From an uncultured Actinomycetes bacterium (lineage in GTDB: Bacteria; Actinomycetota; Thermoleophilia; Gaiellales; JAICJC01): a DNA stretch of 64,000 nt. A model generated the notes under the pieces. That model was not told where the DNA came from, made no database searches, and worked only from the letters and a program-made list of their open reading frames with translations. The DNA lies in contig CAVQZC010000003.1 of assembly GCA_963718315.1 (NCBI GenBank), positions 151,748 through 215,747 on the forward strand. Direction: 5' to 3'. Position 1 is the stretch's first letter. The number at the start of each line of letters is the position of its first letter. Shown in pieces: positions 1-9,399 of this stretch. The position numbers and the translations under genes were made by a program.

Positions 1-1
1 G

Positions 2-1393
2 GGCACGACCTCTACGACCTGCCTGGTGTGCGATCCGGAGCTTCACGTGCTGGGCCGGGCGAGCCGTGAGCTGGCCCAGCACTTCCCGCAGCCTGGCTGG
101 GTCGAGCACGATGCCGAGGAGATCTGGGACAGCGTGCTGGTGACGGCTGCCGGCGCTCTCGACGCGGCCGGCCTGCCTGCGTCGGAGCTGACTGCGATTG
201 GCATCACCAACCAGCGCGAGACGACGGTGCTCTGGGAGCGGGCGACCGGTCGCCCGGTGGCGCCGGCGATCGTCTGGCAGGACCGGCGGACGGCCGAGGA
301 GTGCAAGGCGCTTCCGAACGATCTCATCCGCGAGCGCACGGGGCTGGTTCCCGACCCCTACTTCTCCGCCACGAAGCTGCGCTGGCTGCTCGCCCGGACC
401 TCGCTCCCGCCCGACCGCCTTGCCTTCGGCACCGTCGACTCCTGGCTGGTTTGGCGGCTGACCGGCGGCGATCGCCACGTCACCGACCGCACCAACGCGT
501 CGCGGACGATGCTCGCCGCGCTGCGCACCGGCGACTGGGACGACGAGCTCCTGGAGCTGTTCGGCGTGCCGCGCGAGGTGCTGCCAGAGGTGGTCGATCC
601 GGTGGGGCCGATCGGCGAGGCCGAGCTGCTTGGCTCCCGGGTCGCGATCACCGGGATGGCCGGCGACCAGCAGGCCGCCCTGTTCGGGCAGGGATGCCTC
701 GAGCCGGGAGACACCAAGGCGACCTACGGCACCGGCGCCTTCGTGCTCGTCCACGACGGTGAGCGAACCGACCCTCCTCCCCACGGGCTGCTGCGCACGG
801 CGTGCTTTGGCGGCTTCGCGCTCGAGGGATCGGTATTCATCGCCGGAGCCGCCGTCCAGTGGCTCCGCGACGGGTTGGGAGTGCTTGAGTCGAGCGAGGA
901 GAGCGCCTCACTGGCGGCATCGGTGCAGGACACCGGCGGCGTCCACTTCGTCCCGGCGCTGGCCGGCCTCGGCTCGCCGTGGTGGAGGGCTGATGCTCGC
1001 GGCCTGATCAGCGGCCTCCACCGCGGTACTCGGAGAGAGCACCTGGTGCGAGCCGCACTCGAGGGGATCGCCTTCCAGGTTCGCGACGTGCTCGACGCGG
1101 CGGGAGCCGCGGGGCACGTCGCGGTGCGGGTCGACGGCGGCGCGACCGCCAACCCGGTGCTGATGCAGTTCCAGGCGGACATCCTCCAGCGTCCGGTCGA
1201 GGTGGCGGCGGAGCGGGAGGCCACGGGGATCGGAGCGGCCGGGCTGGCCTGCCTGGGCGCCGGCCTGTGGAGCGGCCCGGAGCCGGCCCGCGAGCTCCGA
1301 GGGACGAGCGAGCGCTACGAGCCGGGGATCTCGGCCGACCGGGCGGACGAGCTGCATGGCGCCTGGCTCGAGGCGGTCAGGCGTGCCCTCTAG
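2..1393 (+). CDS. glpK: Glycerol kinase (FGGY family), 5' end cut by window edge
   Basis: Frame is open from base 2 (GTTSTTCLV, the N-terminal ATP-binding region). Motifs NQRETTVLWE, GTGAFVL and FVPALAGLGSPWW are present. Stop at 1391-1393. Confidence 0.93.
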   Translation, partial: GTTSTTCLVCDPELHVLGRASRELAQHFPQPGWVEHDAEEIWDSVLVTAAGALDAAGLPASELTAIGITNQRETTVLWERATGRPVAPAIVWQDRRTAEECKALPNDLIRERTGLVPDPYFSATKLRWLLARTSLPPDRLAFGTVDSWLVWRLTGGDRHVTDRTNASRTMLAALRTGDWDDELLELFGVPREVLPEVVDPVGPIGEAELLGSRVAITGMAGDQQAALFGQGCLEPGDTKATYGTGAFVLVHDGERTDPPPHGLLRTACFGGFALEGSVFIAGAAVQWLRDGLGVLESSEESASLAASVQDTGGVHFVPALAGLGSPWWRADARGLISGLHRGTRREHLVRAALEGIAFQVRDVLDAAGAAGHVAVRVDGGATANPVLMQFQADILQRPVEVAAEREATGIGAAGLACLGAGLWSGPEPARELRGTSERYEPGISADRADELHGAWLEAVRRAL

Positions 1394-1407
1394 CTGCGTT
1401 CATTAAG

Positions 1408-1432
1408 CGGATGCGCTTTATACGGATGCGCT
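1408..1432. repeat. Direct 10-nt repeat CGGATGCGCT x2 separated by TTATA
   Basis: Read directly: CGGATGCGCT at 1408-1417 and again at 1423-1432, in the convergent spacer between glpK and the vWA gene. Confidence 0.6.
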
Positions 1433-1487
1433 CCACGGGGCCATGACGGCCACCGTGAAGCGCTCGGAGTGATCCGCGAACGGATCG

Positions 1488-2717
1488 CTAGGACGTGAGG
1501 CGGCTGGTGCCCGCAGCCATGTCCGACGAGATCTGCTGGAAGATCGCCAGCAGCTGCGACGGGTTTGGATCGAGGAAGTACTCGTTCGGGCTCGCCATCT
1601 GCTGCATCGCCTGCGCCGGGGTGATCGCCGGCGACTCGTTGGCGCCCGTCCAGTTCTGGCACGACTCGGTGCCCTGGCCGTCGTTGTAGAGGATCGTGAA
1701 GATCAGATAGCCAGCGGCCTTGTAGGTCGAGGCATCGGCCACCGCGTGACCGCACGGGTTGGTGCAGTGCGGGTCGCTGGACGAGGGCCACGAGCCATTC
1801 GCCTTCTGGGCTGGGCAGTTCTGCCCGGTGTTCGCGGCACCGTCCGAGAGGATCACCATCACCTTCTGCACGCCGGCTCGGCCGTCGGCGTTCAGCTCGC
1901 TGTAGCCGGACTCCATCGCGTTCGCGTAGTCGGTGCCGCCACCAGCCTTGATGCAGTTGATGGCCGAGATCAACGCGGAGCTGCCGTTCAGGTTGCCGTT
2001 GCTGAGCAGGTAGTCGTTGGACATCTTGACCACCGTGTAGAGCGCGCTGGCGCTGTTGTAGGCGCTGCTGCTCTGAGCCGAGCACAGGTTGGTGAGGCCG
2101 TTGCTGTCCGGAGGCAGCAGCGACAGGCTGACGCTGTCGACGCCCGGATCAAGCCCAGGGATGAAGCCCTGGAGGATCCCGTTCTTCAGCGAGGTGAATG
2201 GGGAGCCCGCCATCGAACCGGTGCGGTCGATGACCATGGCGATGTCCAGCGGAATCTCGTTACACGGTGAGCACGCGGATGCGGACGTGCTGATCCCGAT
2301 GCTGTTGTAGCCCAGCAGGCCCAGGAAGAACGTGGGCACGGAAGCGTTCTGCGTCACGGTCACGGTGTTCGGGCCGTTGCAGGGCAGGTTCGGGTTGCTG
2401 ATCACGCAGCTGGTCTGCACCGTCTCGGTGACGTTCGAGCCGGGGACTCCGCCGATCACGTTCTTGGAACCAGTCGTCGAGCCGAAGAGGTTTGCCTGGT
2501 TGGTTGCGTTGGTGGCGTTGGCCGGGTAGCTCATGGTGAGCTGGCCGGCGCCGGCGGCGGCGGCGGCGTCGGTGGACGCCTGCAGCGCCTGCTGCACGCG
2601 GTACGCGTTGCCAAGGTCGATCACGAGGCCGCAGAAGACAAGCAGCGTGACCATGAACACGACAACCAGTGGGATGACCTGGCCGTGTTCTTCACGGGAG
2701 ACGGATCGGGCAGACAT
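1488..2717 (-). CDS. TadE/TadG-like protein with von Willebrand factor A domain
   Basis: 409-aa ORF. N-terminal TM/TadE-G-like segment IPLVVVFMVTLLVFCGLVIDLGNAY. MIDAS-type motif DIAMVIDRTGSMAG, then VMVILSDGAANTG. Confidence 0.8.
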   Translation of the reverse strand: MSARSVSREEHGQVIPLVVVFMVTLLVFCGLVIDLGNAYRVQQALQASTDAAAAAGAGQLTMSYPANATNATNQANLFGSTTGSKNVIGGVPGSNVTETVQTSCVISNPNLPCNGPNTVTVTQNASVPTFFLGLLGYNSIGISTSASACSPCNEIPLDIAMVIDRTGSMAGSPFTSLKNGILQGFIPGLDPGVDSVSLSLLPPDSNGLTNLCSAQSSSAYNSASALYTVVKMSNDYLLSNGNLNGSSALISAINCIKAGGGTDYANAMESGYSELNADGRAGVQKVMVILSDGAANTGQNCPAQKANGSWPSSSDPHCTNPCGHAVADASTYKAAGYLIFTILYNDGQGTESCQNWTGANESPAITPAQAMQQMASPNEYFLDPNPSQLLAIFQQISSDMAAGTSRLTS

Positions 2718-2873
2718 GGCCTAATGTTCTCGGCAGCTGAGGGGAAAACCCATAGCCCGATCGAGTGAATCGCAATAACCGGTCGGGTTCCCCGGCGTCT
2801 CACCCGCCCCGCTGGTGGTCCCCGCATCGAACTGGCTGAAGTAGTGTGACGGCGATGCATCCGGGCGATCTGC

Positions 2874-3821
2874 GTGGCTGATCTGCGGCTGCTTGACGGC
2901 AACGAGGTCGAGCGCCTCCTCGATCTCGACCGGCTCGTGGACGCGCTTGCCGACGCGATGGCTGACCTGTCGGCCGGCCGGGCCTCGGTGCCCGAGCGGG
3001 TGGCGGCGATGGTGGAGGGCAAGGACGCGTTCCTGGGAGCGATGCCGGCCTACTTGCCCGGGCGGGCAACGCTGGCGGCGAAGCTGGTCACCGTCTTTCC
3101 GCACAACCGTGACCTGCCCAGCCACCACGCGCTTGTGTGCGTCTTCGACCCCGAGACGGGGGCGCCGCGGGCGGTGATGGACGGCGGGTACCTGACCGCG
3201 GCCCGGACCGCTGCCGGCTCGCGGCTTTCGGTGCGACTGCTGGCACGGGCGGATGCACGGGTGCTGGCGGTCGTCGGTACCGGCGTGCAGGCGCGGTCGC
3301 ACCTGGCGGCCATGCGGCGGGAGCGAGCGTGGGACGAGGTGCGGGTGGCCGGTCGTGATCCGGGACGGGCACGCGAGGTCGCGGCCGAGTTCGGCGCCGT
3401 TGCCTGCGAGAGCTACGAGCAGGCGGTGCGGGGAGCGGATGTGGTGTGCGCCACGACGCACTCCTCCGAGCCTGTGGTGCGGAGGGCGTGGCTTGCGCCA
3501 GGCGCCCATGTCACGAGCGTCGGCTTCAACCCCAACGGGCGGGAGGTCGACGGTGAGACCGTTCGCGATTCGCTGGTCGTGGTCGAGTCGCGGGCGGCCG
3601 CACTGGCGCCGTTCCCCGCCGGCTCCAGCGATCTGCTGCTGGCGATCGACGCCGGGCTGATCACCCCCGACCACGTAGTGACGGAGATCGGTGAGCTGGT
3701 CCTGGGCACCCGGCCAGGGCGGGGCAATGCGGCGCAGCTGACGCTCTACAAGTCGGTCGGGGTGGCCGCGCAGGACGCGGCCGCGGCATCGCTGGTGCTC
3801 GAGGCGGCTGAGGCGGGGTGA
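2874..3821 (+). CDS. Ornithine cyclodeaminase / mu-crystallin family protein
   Basis: 315-aa ORF with GTG start. Family-typical segments YLTAARTAAGS and VLAVVGTGVQARSHL (Rossmann). Confidence 0.85.
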   Translation: MADLRLLDGNEVERLLDLDRLVDALADAMADLSAGRASVPERVAAMVEGKDAFLGAMPAYLPGRATLAAKLVTVFPHNRDLPSHHALVCVFDPETGAPRAVMDGGYLTAARTAAGSRLSVRLLARADARVLAVVGTGVQARSHLAAMRRERAWDEVRVAGRDPGRAREVAAEFGAVACESYEQAVRGADVVCATTHSSEPVVRRAWLAPGAHVTSVGFNPNGREVDGETVRDSLVVVESRAAALAPFPAGSSDLLLAIDAGLITPDHVVTEIGELVLGTRPGRGNAAQLTLYKSVGVAAQDAAAASLVLEAAEAG

Positions 3822-5071
3822 GCGGGCCGCTGGGCGGCCTGCTGGTCGACGTCTCACCGCTGCGCGACTCGCGGCACTACCGCCGCCTGTGGACCGGCGA
3901 CCTGGTCGCGTCGGCGGGAGCCCAGTTCTCGACCGTGGCGCTTCCCTACCAGGTGTACAAGGAGACCGGGAGCTCCCTCGACGTGGGCCTGCTGGGGCTG
4001 GCGGCGCTGGGGCCGCTGCTGGCCGGCTCCCTCGCAGCCGGTGCCATCGCTGACACCTACGACCGCAAGAAGCTGTTGATCGTGAGTCAGCTGATCTCCT
4101 CGCTGGGCTGCGTCGCCCTGCTGGTGCTGACCGTGCGCGGCGACCCGCCGCTCCTCTCCCTGTACGTGCTGGCGGCGCTCCTGGCGGGCAGCGCCAGCAT
4201 CGAGTCGCCGGTGCGAAACGCGGTGGTGCCGCTGCTGGTCGGCCTCGAGCGACTGCCGGCGGCGGCAGCGCTGAACCAGATCGTCGACCAGACGTCGCAG
4301 ATCGTCGGCCCGGCCCTGGCGGGGATTGCGATCGCCACGCTTGGTCTGAGCGGCTGTTATGCGGCGGCGGCATGCGGGTTCGCGCTGGGAGTGGTGGTCG
4401 TGGTCGGGCTGCCCGGCATGCGGCCGGTCGGCGGCAGCACCGAGCCCGGCTGGCGGGCGCTGCGTGAGGGGTTCGCCTGGGTGCGGCGGCAGCCCGTGCT
4501 GCTCTCGACCTTCGCGATCGACCTGAACGCGATGATCTTCGGGATGCCGCGGGCGCTCTTCCCGGCTCTCGCCGCGACCACGTTCAAGGTCGGCCCGCAG
4601 GGGCTGGGACTGATGTACGCGGCGCCGGCGGCCGGGGCGCTCCTCGCCGCGCTTGGCAGCGGGTGGGTCGGCGGCGTCCAGCGGCAGGGGATGTCGGTGA
4701 TCGTGTCGGTGCTGGGCTGGGGAGCCGCGATCGCGGTGTTCGGGCTGCTCCCGGGCAGCGCGTTCCCGCTCGCGTTGGTGATGCTCGGCTTCGCCGGCGC
4801 CGCCGACGTGATCTCCGCGGTCTTCCGCTCGACCATCCTGCAGGAGGCGACGCCCGACGGCCTCCGCGGCCGGATGAGCGCGCTCCACATCGCAGTCGTC
4901 ACCAGCGGCCCGCGCATCGGCGACGCCGAGTCAGGGATCGTCGCCGCGCTGACAACGGTGCGCTTCGCGGTCGTCTCCGGAGGCGTGATCTGTATCGCCG
5001 GCGTCGCCGCCCTGCACATCGTCTCGCCGGTGCTGGCGCACTTCCGCCGCCCCACGCCCGAGATGACCTAG
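3818..5071 (+). CDS. MFS transporter
   Basis: 417-aa hydrophobic multi-TM ORF. N-terminus (YRRLWTGDLVASAGAQF) resembles EntS/enterobactin-exporter-like MFS. GTGA start/stop overlap with the upstream gene. Confidence 0.85.
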   Translation: MSGPLGGLLVDVSPLRDSRHYRRLWTGDLVASAGAQFSTVALPYQVYKETGSSLDVGLLGLAALGPLLAGSLAAGAIADTYDRKKLLIVSQLISSLGCVALLVLTVRGDPPLLSLYVLAALLAGSASIESPVRNAVVPLLVGLERLPAAAALNQIVDQTSQIVGPALAGIAIATLGLSGCYAAAACGFALGVVVVVGLPGMRPVGGSTEPGWRALREGFAWVRRQPVLLSTFAIDLNAMIFGMPRALFPALAATTFKVGPQGLGLMYAAPAAGALLAALGSGWVGGVQRQGMSVIVSVLGWGAAIAVFGLLPGSAFPLALVMLGFAGAADVISAVFRSTILQEATPDGLRGRMSALHIAVVTSGPRIGDAESGIVAALTTVRFAVVSGGVICIAGVAALHIVSPVLAHFRRPTPEMT

Positions 5072-5550
5072 CACCGCAGCCATCTGCGTTCCTGGTGCCA
5101 GCGGTGGAGGGTGCGGGTGCTGGGTGGCCGGGCGGGGCAGTCGCGGTAGTGGGCGTGGATGTGTCTGGCTAGGGAGTCGGGGGCGGCGCCCTGGGCGAAG
5201 GCTTGCTCTGCGCGGCGGCGCAGGTCGGGCCAGGCGTAGCTGCCCGGCTTCTGTCTTGGTTTCTTCGCGGCCTGGCGGGCGGCGGCGAACGCTTTCAGCG
5301 CTTTTTGTCGGGCGAGTGTCCAGCAGCCGTGGGCTTGCCAGAGTCGCATCAGGGTGAGCTCGAAGTCTCTGCCGTTTCGTTGGCGTTGGAACTGGGGGCT
5401 GGCGTGGTCTTTGCAGAGCCAGATCTCGACGCCGTAGCCGAGGATCAGTTTCTGGGTTCTGCCTCTGGTGCGTTCGACGCAGATGCAGCAGGCGATCTGC
5501 TTGGTCGGGAAGTCGCGGGCTTTGTAGAGGGTGGGGAGGTAGCTGCTCAT
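5068..5550 (-). CDS. Hypothetical protein, Cys/His-rich N-terminus
   Basis: 160-aa ORF with non-GC-artefact composition and a CCIC...CKDH cluster. I recognise no family. Its 3' end overlaps the MFS gene end by 4 nt. Confidence 0.5.
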   Translation of the reverse strand: MSSYLPTLYKARDFPTKQIACCICVERTRGRTQKLILGYGVEIWLCKDHASPQFQRQRNGRDFELTLMRLWQAHGCWTLARQKALKAFAAARQAAKKPRQKPGSYAWPDLRRRAEQAFAQGAAPDSLARHIHAHYRDCPARPPSTRTLHRWHQERRWLRC

Positions 5551-5883
5551 GCGGGCAGTCCACCACTGCTTGCCGTCAGGTGTCTACACCGCGAGATGTG
5601 ACGGGAAGCTCAGGAAATACGAATGGCAGAGCCGGCATTCGCCAAGTGGTTGTCCCCGCGCGTTTACCCAAGACCGACTGGAACCGCCGGGGGAAGCCCC
5701 GAACCAGGCCGAACCGCCTGCCCAACCTCGACCTCGCGGCCGAACCCGCAGTCGGCGTGGACGACGCCGCCCTTTCAAGGGGGGCGGCGACGTCCACCTC
5801 ACCCCACGCCGCGCCTCCGGGGCGAGCATGAACGGAGGTCTCGCCGAGCCCAGCCGCACATCCGGCGTCAGCCAGCCCGGTCC

Positions 5884-5934
5884 AGAAAACGACTGGGGCC
5901 GGCCGCGTGCTCCCCGTTGCGCGCAGCCGGCCCC
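5884..5934 (-). terminator. Candidate intrinsic terminator downstream of the PHP gene
   Basis: 9-bp GC stem GGGGCCGGC (5895-5903) / GCCGGCCCC (5926-5934). On the minus strand it is followed by AGUCGUUUUCU. Confidence 0.45.
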
Positions 5935-5977
5935 GAGTGCCGCCCTTGCTCCCGGCCGGGCGGCGCGTGCCCCCTCC

Positions 5978-6709
5978 TCAGGCCACCGCCTGAGCCTCGC
6001 GTTCGGGCATGGGGACCCTCGTGACGAACGCCGGCTGATCGGAGCGCAGGTACTCCACCACCGCCTGTTCGCGGTGCGTGCAGGGGAGTAGCGTCTTCCA
6101 GGTCGCCAGGTGTTCGGTGCGGTGAAAATCGCCGGACGCGATCCCGGGCAGGCCCTCGGCCGCGACCCAGGAGAACACGTCCCACCGGTTGATCAGCTCG
6201 TAGCGGTCGACCAGCGTGCGCATCCGGCCGGGCGTGCGCCAGAACCGGCGCGTTGTCCGAAACGGCACCGGATCGCCGTTCGTGTCGTCGTGCGGGTGCG
6301 CCGCAATCACCGCGGCGCCCAGCGCGCGCGCCTCGCGCATCGCCGCCTCCGGGCCGTCGTCCATCGACACCCACGAGTCGAGGCCGACCGCCAGCACGTG
6401 GGCGGCCAGGTCGGGATCGGCGTCGTTGAACGTCAGCTCCAGCCCCGGAACCAGCACCAGATCGTATGTTTGCAGCGCACGCTCGCCCTGCGCTCGCAGC
6501 TCCTCCAGATACCGCGGGTGGCTCGCGGCCGACAGCGGCAGGCGCCATCCATCGGTCTCGGGCACGGCATGGTCGGTGACGCAGAGGACGTCGAAGCCGG
6601 CTCCGCCGTAGAGGTCGACCAGCTGCCCGATCGACAGGTCACCGTCCGACCAGGTCGAGTGGGCGTGAAGCTCGCAGAGCAGGGGTCGGAGCGCTCGTGC
6701 CGTTTCCAT
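5978..6709 (-). CDS. PHP (polymerase/histidinol phosphatase) domain metal-dependent phosphoesterase
   Basis: Start taken at internal ATG 6709 (METARALRPLLCELHAHSTWSDG, the PHP HxH motif), with CVTDH and IAAHPH following. The upstream part of the 370-aa ORF is Arg-rich non-coding-like sequence. Confidence 0.75.
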   Translation of the reverse strand: METARALRPLLCELHAHSTWSDGDLSIGQLVDLYGGAGFDVLCVTDHAVPETDGWRLPLSAASHPRYLEELRAQGERALQTYDLVLVPGLELTFNDADPDLAAHVLAVGLDSWVSMDDGPEAAMREARALGAAVIAAHPHDDTNGDPVPFRTTRRFWRTPGRMRTLVDRYELINRWDVFSWVAAEGLPGIASGDFHRTEHLATWKTLLPCTHREQAVVEYLRSDQPAFVTRVPMPEREAQAVA

Positions 6710-6874
6710 GGCTGAAGTGTCGCGGCGGTGCAGCCTGCTGTGGGCCTCCAACCGGTGCCTGATCGGTAAAGATCCGGCGACTGTCGCAATGGATACTTTC
6801 GCGCTAGGCTGCGACGGTACTACCGACCTGACCACGCGGAGTTTCGGCTGCCAAAGCTCGGCCCTGTTCTCGCG

Positions 6875-7600
6875 GTGGGGATCGTCGCGGCACTCGCCGT
6901 GCCCGCGACGGCCACCGCCTCTATGTCTGCGACGCCAAGCCTGCCGCTGCATGTGCTGGGGGCGACAGGCCAGACCGTGGGCGTGCCCTCGACGAACTGG
7001 GCCGGATACGCGGCGCGGGGGCCGTGGCATGCGTTCAGGACCGTCGCCGCCCGCTGGGTGCAGCCGCGAGCGTTCTGCGGTCCGCTGCACACCTACTCGG
7101 CGTTCTGGGTCGGCCTCGACGGATTCGGGTCAGGGACGGTGGAGCAGGTCGGAACCAGCGTCGACTGTTCGAGCGGCAGGCCGGTCTCCTACGCCTGGTA
7201 CGAGATGTACCCGCAGCTTCCGCACTTCCTGCCGGTCCCGGTCTGGGCCGGCAACCACATCGCCGCCAGCGTCACCCACACGCGCAACGGGCGGTTCGCA
7301 CTCTTCCTGCGCAACCTGAGCACCGGCCGCCACGCGCTCGTCATGCAGGACATGCCCTACGCCCGGCTGGCTTCCGCCGAGGTGATCGCCGAAGCGCCGT
7401 TGGCGGGCTCGCGCCGCTCGGTGCTGCCCCTGGCCAACTTCCGCCAGGTGAGCTTCACCAACGCAATCGCCAACGGCCGCGTGATGTCGGCCTTCCACCC
7501 GGTGCGGCTGATGATGATGGCCAGCCGGTCGGTGGTCAAGGCGCGAACGTCGGACATGCTCCGCGGCACCGGCTTCTCGGTGACCTGGCACCACCGTTAG
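6875..7600 (+). CDS. Peptidase G1 (eqolisin / scytalidoglutamic peptidase, Pfam A4-like) family, secreted
   Basis: Motifs NWAGY, FWVGLDG, TVEQVGTS (catalytic Gln context), YAWYEMYP and SAEVIAEAP (catalytic Glu context). The true start may be CTG at 6848, which has a GGAG 7 nt upstream (see findings). Confidence 0.75.
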   Translation: MGIVAALAVPATATASMSATPSLPLHVLGATGQTVGVPSTNWAGYAARGPWHAFRTVAARWVQPRAFCGPLHTYSAFWVGLDGFGSGTVEQVGTSVDCSSGRPVSYAWYEMYPQLPHFLPVPVWAGNHIAASVTHTRNGRFALFLRNLSTGRHALVMQDMPYARLASAEVIAEAPLAGSRRSVLPLANFRQVSFTNAIANGRVMSAFHPVRLMMMASRSVVKARTSDMLRGTGFSVTWHHR

Positions 7601-7663
7601 CCGCCTGCCCACCGAACGGGTAGGCTAGTGCCTCACCATAGACCTGACTTGGGGGGCTTTGTC

Positions 7664-8413
7664 GTGCAGAAGCTTTGCTCAGTTCTGGTGGTGGGGCTCG
7701 TGGCAGCGTTTGCGCTGCCCGCCACCGCCTCCGCCCATACGATCGCGGCGCACTCCGGCCCGCTGCACCTGTCGGCGCGCCTGGGGCGAACCTGCGACGT
7801 CGTCGAACTGGTCCGGCTACGCCGCCCACGGCGTCAACGGAACAGCTTCACGAACGTTTCGGCGAACTGGGTCGAGCCGACCGGCACGTGCACCGCCAGG
7901 CGACGACCTACTCGTCGTTCTGGGTCGGCCTCGATGGGCTAACGACGGAACCGTCGAGCAGACCGGCACCAGCGTCGACTGCGCGGGCGGCGTCGCCGAT
8001 CTACTACGCCTGGTACGAGATGTTCCCGAAGTTCCCGAAGAACCTGCCGCTGACGATCAGCCCCGGTGACCACATCATCGGCGAGCGTGACGACCGACAG
8101 CCACGGCAGCTTCACGCTGACGCTCAGCGACACCACCACCGGCCAGCAGCTCACGACCATCGTCAAGACGCTGACCAGCGGCAAAGCTGAAGTCGGCCGA
8201 GGTGATCGCCGAGGCGCCCTCGTCCGGCACGGCGGTGCTCCCGCTGACCAACTTCGGGAAGGTCAACTTCTCGAACGCCAGGTGAACGGCGCCAGCATCG
8301 GCCGCGCGAGCTCCGAGAAGATCACGATGGTGCAGAGCAACGGAAACCCGAAGGCCACCCCGTCGGCGATCACGGGCGGCAACGCGTTCTCGGTGACCTG
8401 GAACCACAAATAG
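7664..8413 (+). pseudogene. Second peptidase G1 paralogue, broken by about 8 frame changes
   Basis: Signal peptide VQKLCSVLVVGLVAAFALPATASA. The family motifs SNWSGY, FWVGLDG, TVEQTGTSVDC, YYAWYEMFP, SAEVIAEAP and FSVTWNHK are found alternately in all three + frames. Junctions near 7785, 7843, 7897, 7937, 7991, 8081, 8175 and 8279. Confidence 0.7.
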
Positions 8414-8429
8414 GCGCAGCTTCTCGCGG

Positions 8430-9399
8430 CTAGACATCGGTGATGCGTGGGTCGAGGTACGCGTAGGCCACGTCGACCACTGCGTTGACGACCACGACGA
8501 AGAACGCCCCGTACAGCGTCAGCGCCATCAGGGGCGGGAGGTCGAGGTGGGCGACCGATTCCTGGGCGTACTGGCCCACGCCCTCGAGTCCGAAGATCGG
8601 CTCGATCAGGATCACCGTGCCGCCGACCGCGGCCGCGAAGTCGAGCCCGAACAGCGTCACGACCGGGATCAGGCAGTTGCGCAGCGTGTGCCGGGTCAGC
8701 ACCCGCCACTCCGACAGGCCCTTGGCGCGGGCGGTGCGGACGTAGTCCAGTGAGCGGGTGTCGATCAGCGAGCTGCGAACGACGCGTGCGTAGAACCCGA
8801 TCGAGACGACCGCAAGGACGATCCAGGGAAGGAACAGGTGGGTCGCCCACCCGGCTGGGTCGCTCGACAGCGGAACGTATCCGCCGGGCGGGATCCAGCT
8901 GAACAGCGGGAACGTGCGGTACTTGTAGGTCAGCAGGTACAGCAGCACGGCGCCCAGCCAGAAGATGGGTATCGAGACGCCCACCAGCGCCAGCACCGTC
9001 AGCACCCGGTCGAGGAACCGGCCCTGGTGGATCGCGCTCATCACACCGATGGTGACGCCGAAGACCAGCCACAGGATCGCCGCGCCGATCGCCAGCGACA
9101 GCGTCCTCGGCGCCCCGGCGATGATCGTCGGTATCACCTGCGTCTGATCCTGGTAGGAGATCAGGTCGCGCTTGACGAACAGCCGGTCCATCATCTTCAC
9201 GTACTGGATGGAGAGCGGCTGGTTGAACCCCCAGTCCTTGTTGATCTGGCGCGATGTTCTGCTGAGTCGGGTGGCGGCCCGCCATGCGCAGCGCCGGGTT
9301 GCCGCCGGGGATCACGTTGAAGATGAAGAACACGATCACCGAGATCGCGAACATGACGACCACCAGGCCGACCAGCCGGCGGGCGATGAAGCGGCCCAT
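8430..9399 (-). pseudogene. ABC peptide/opine-type permease (DppB/OppB-like), one frameshift near 9236
   Basis: N-terminus MGRFIARRLVGLVVVMFAISVIVFFIFNVIPGG is in one frame. The rest (QINKDWGFNQPLSIQYVKMMDRLF...DYVRTARAKGLSEWRV) is in another. The start overlaps the dppC-like stop by 1 nt. Confidence 0.8.

Noticed and set aside
2721-4373. Very long antisense or alternative-frame ORFs: 2721-4373, 8263-9894, 19199-21277, 24262-26115, 26036-27376, 41189-43636 (upper part), 58363-60306 and 61542-62525.
   Set aside because: Their translations are Arg/Pro/Gly/Ala-rich low-complexity strings, as expected from stop-codon-poor 70% GC DNA. They lie opposite or out of frame to genes with clear family motifs.
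7664-8413. Programmed ribosomal frameshifting or recoding in the G1 peptidase paralogue.
   Set aside because: There are eight frame changes in both directions, no slippery heptamers, and junctions that sit in plain G/C runs. This fits indels (error or decay), not recoding.
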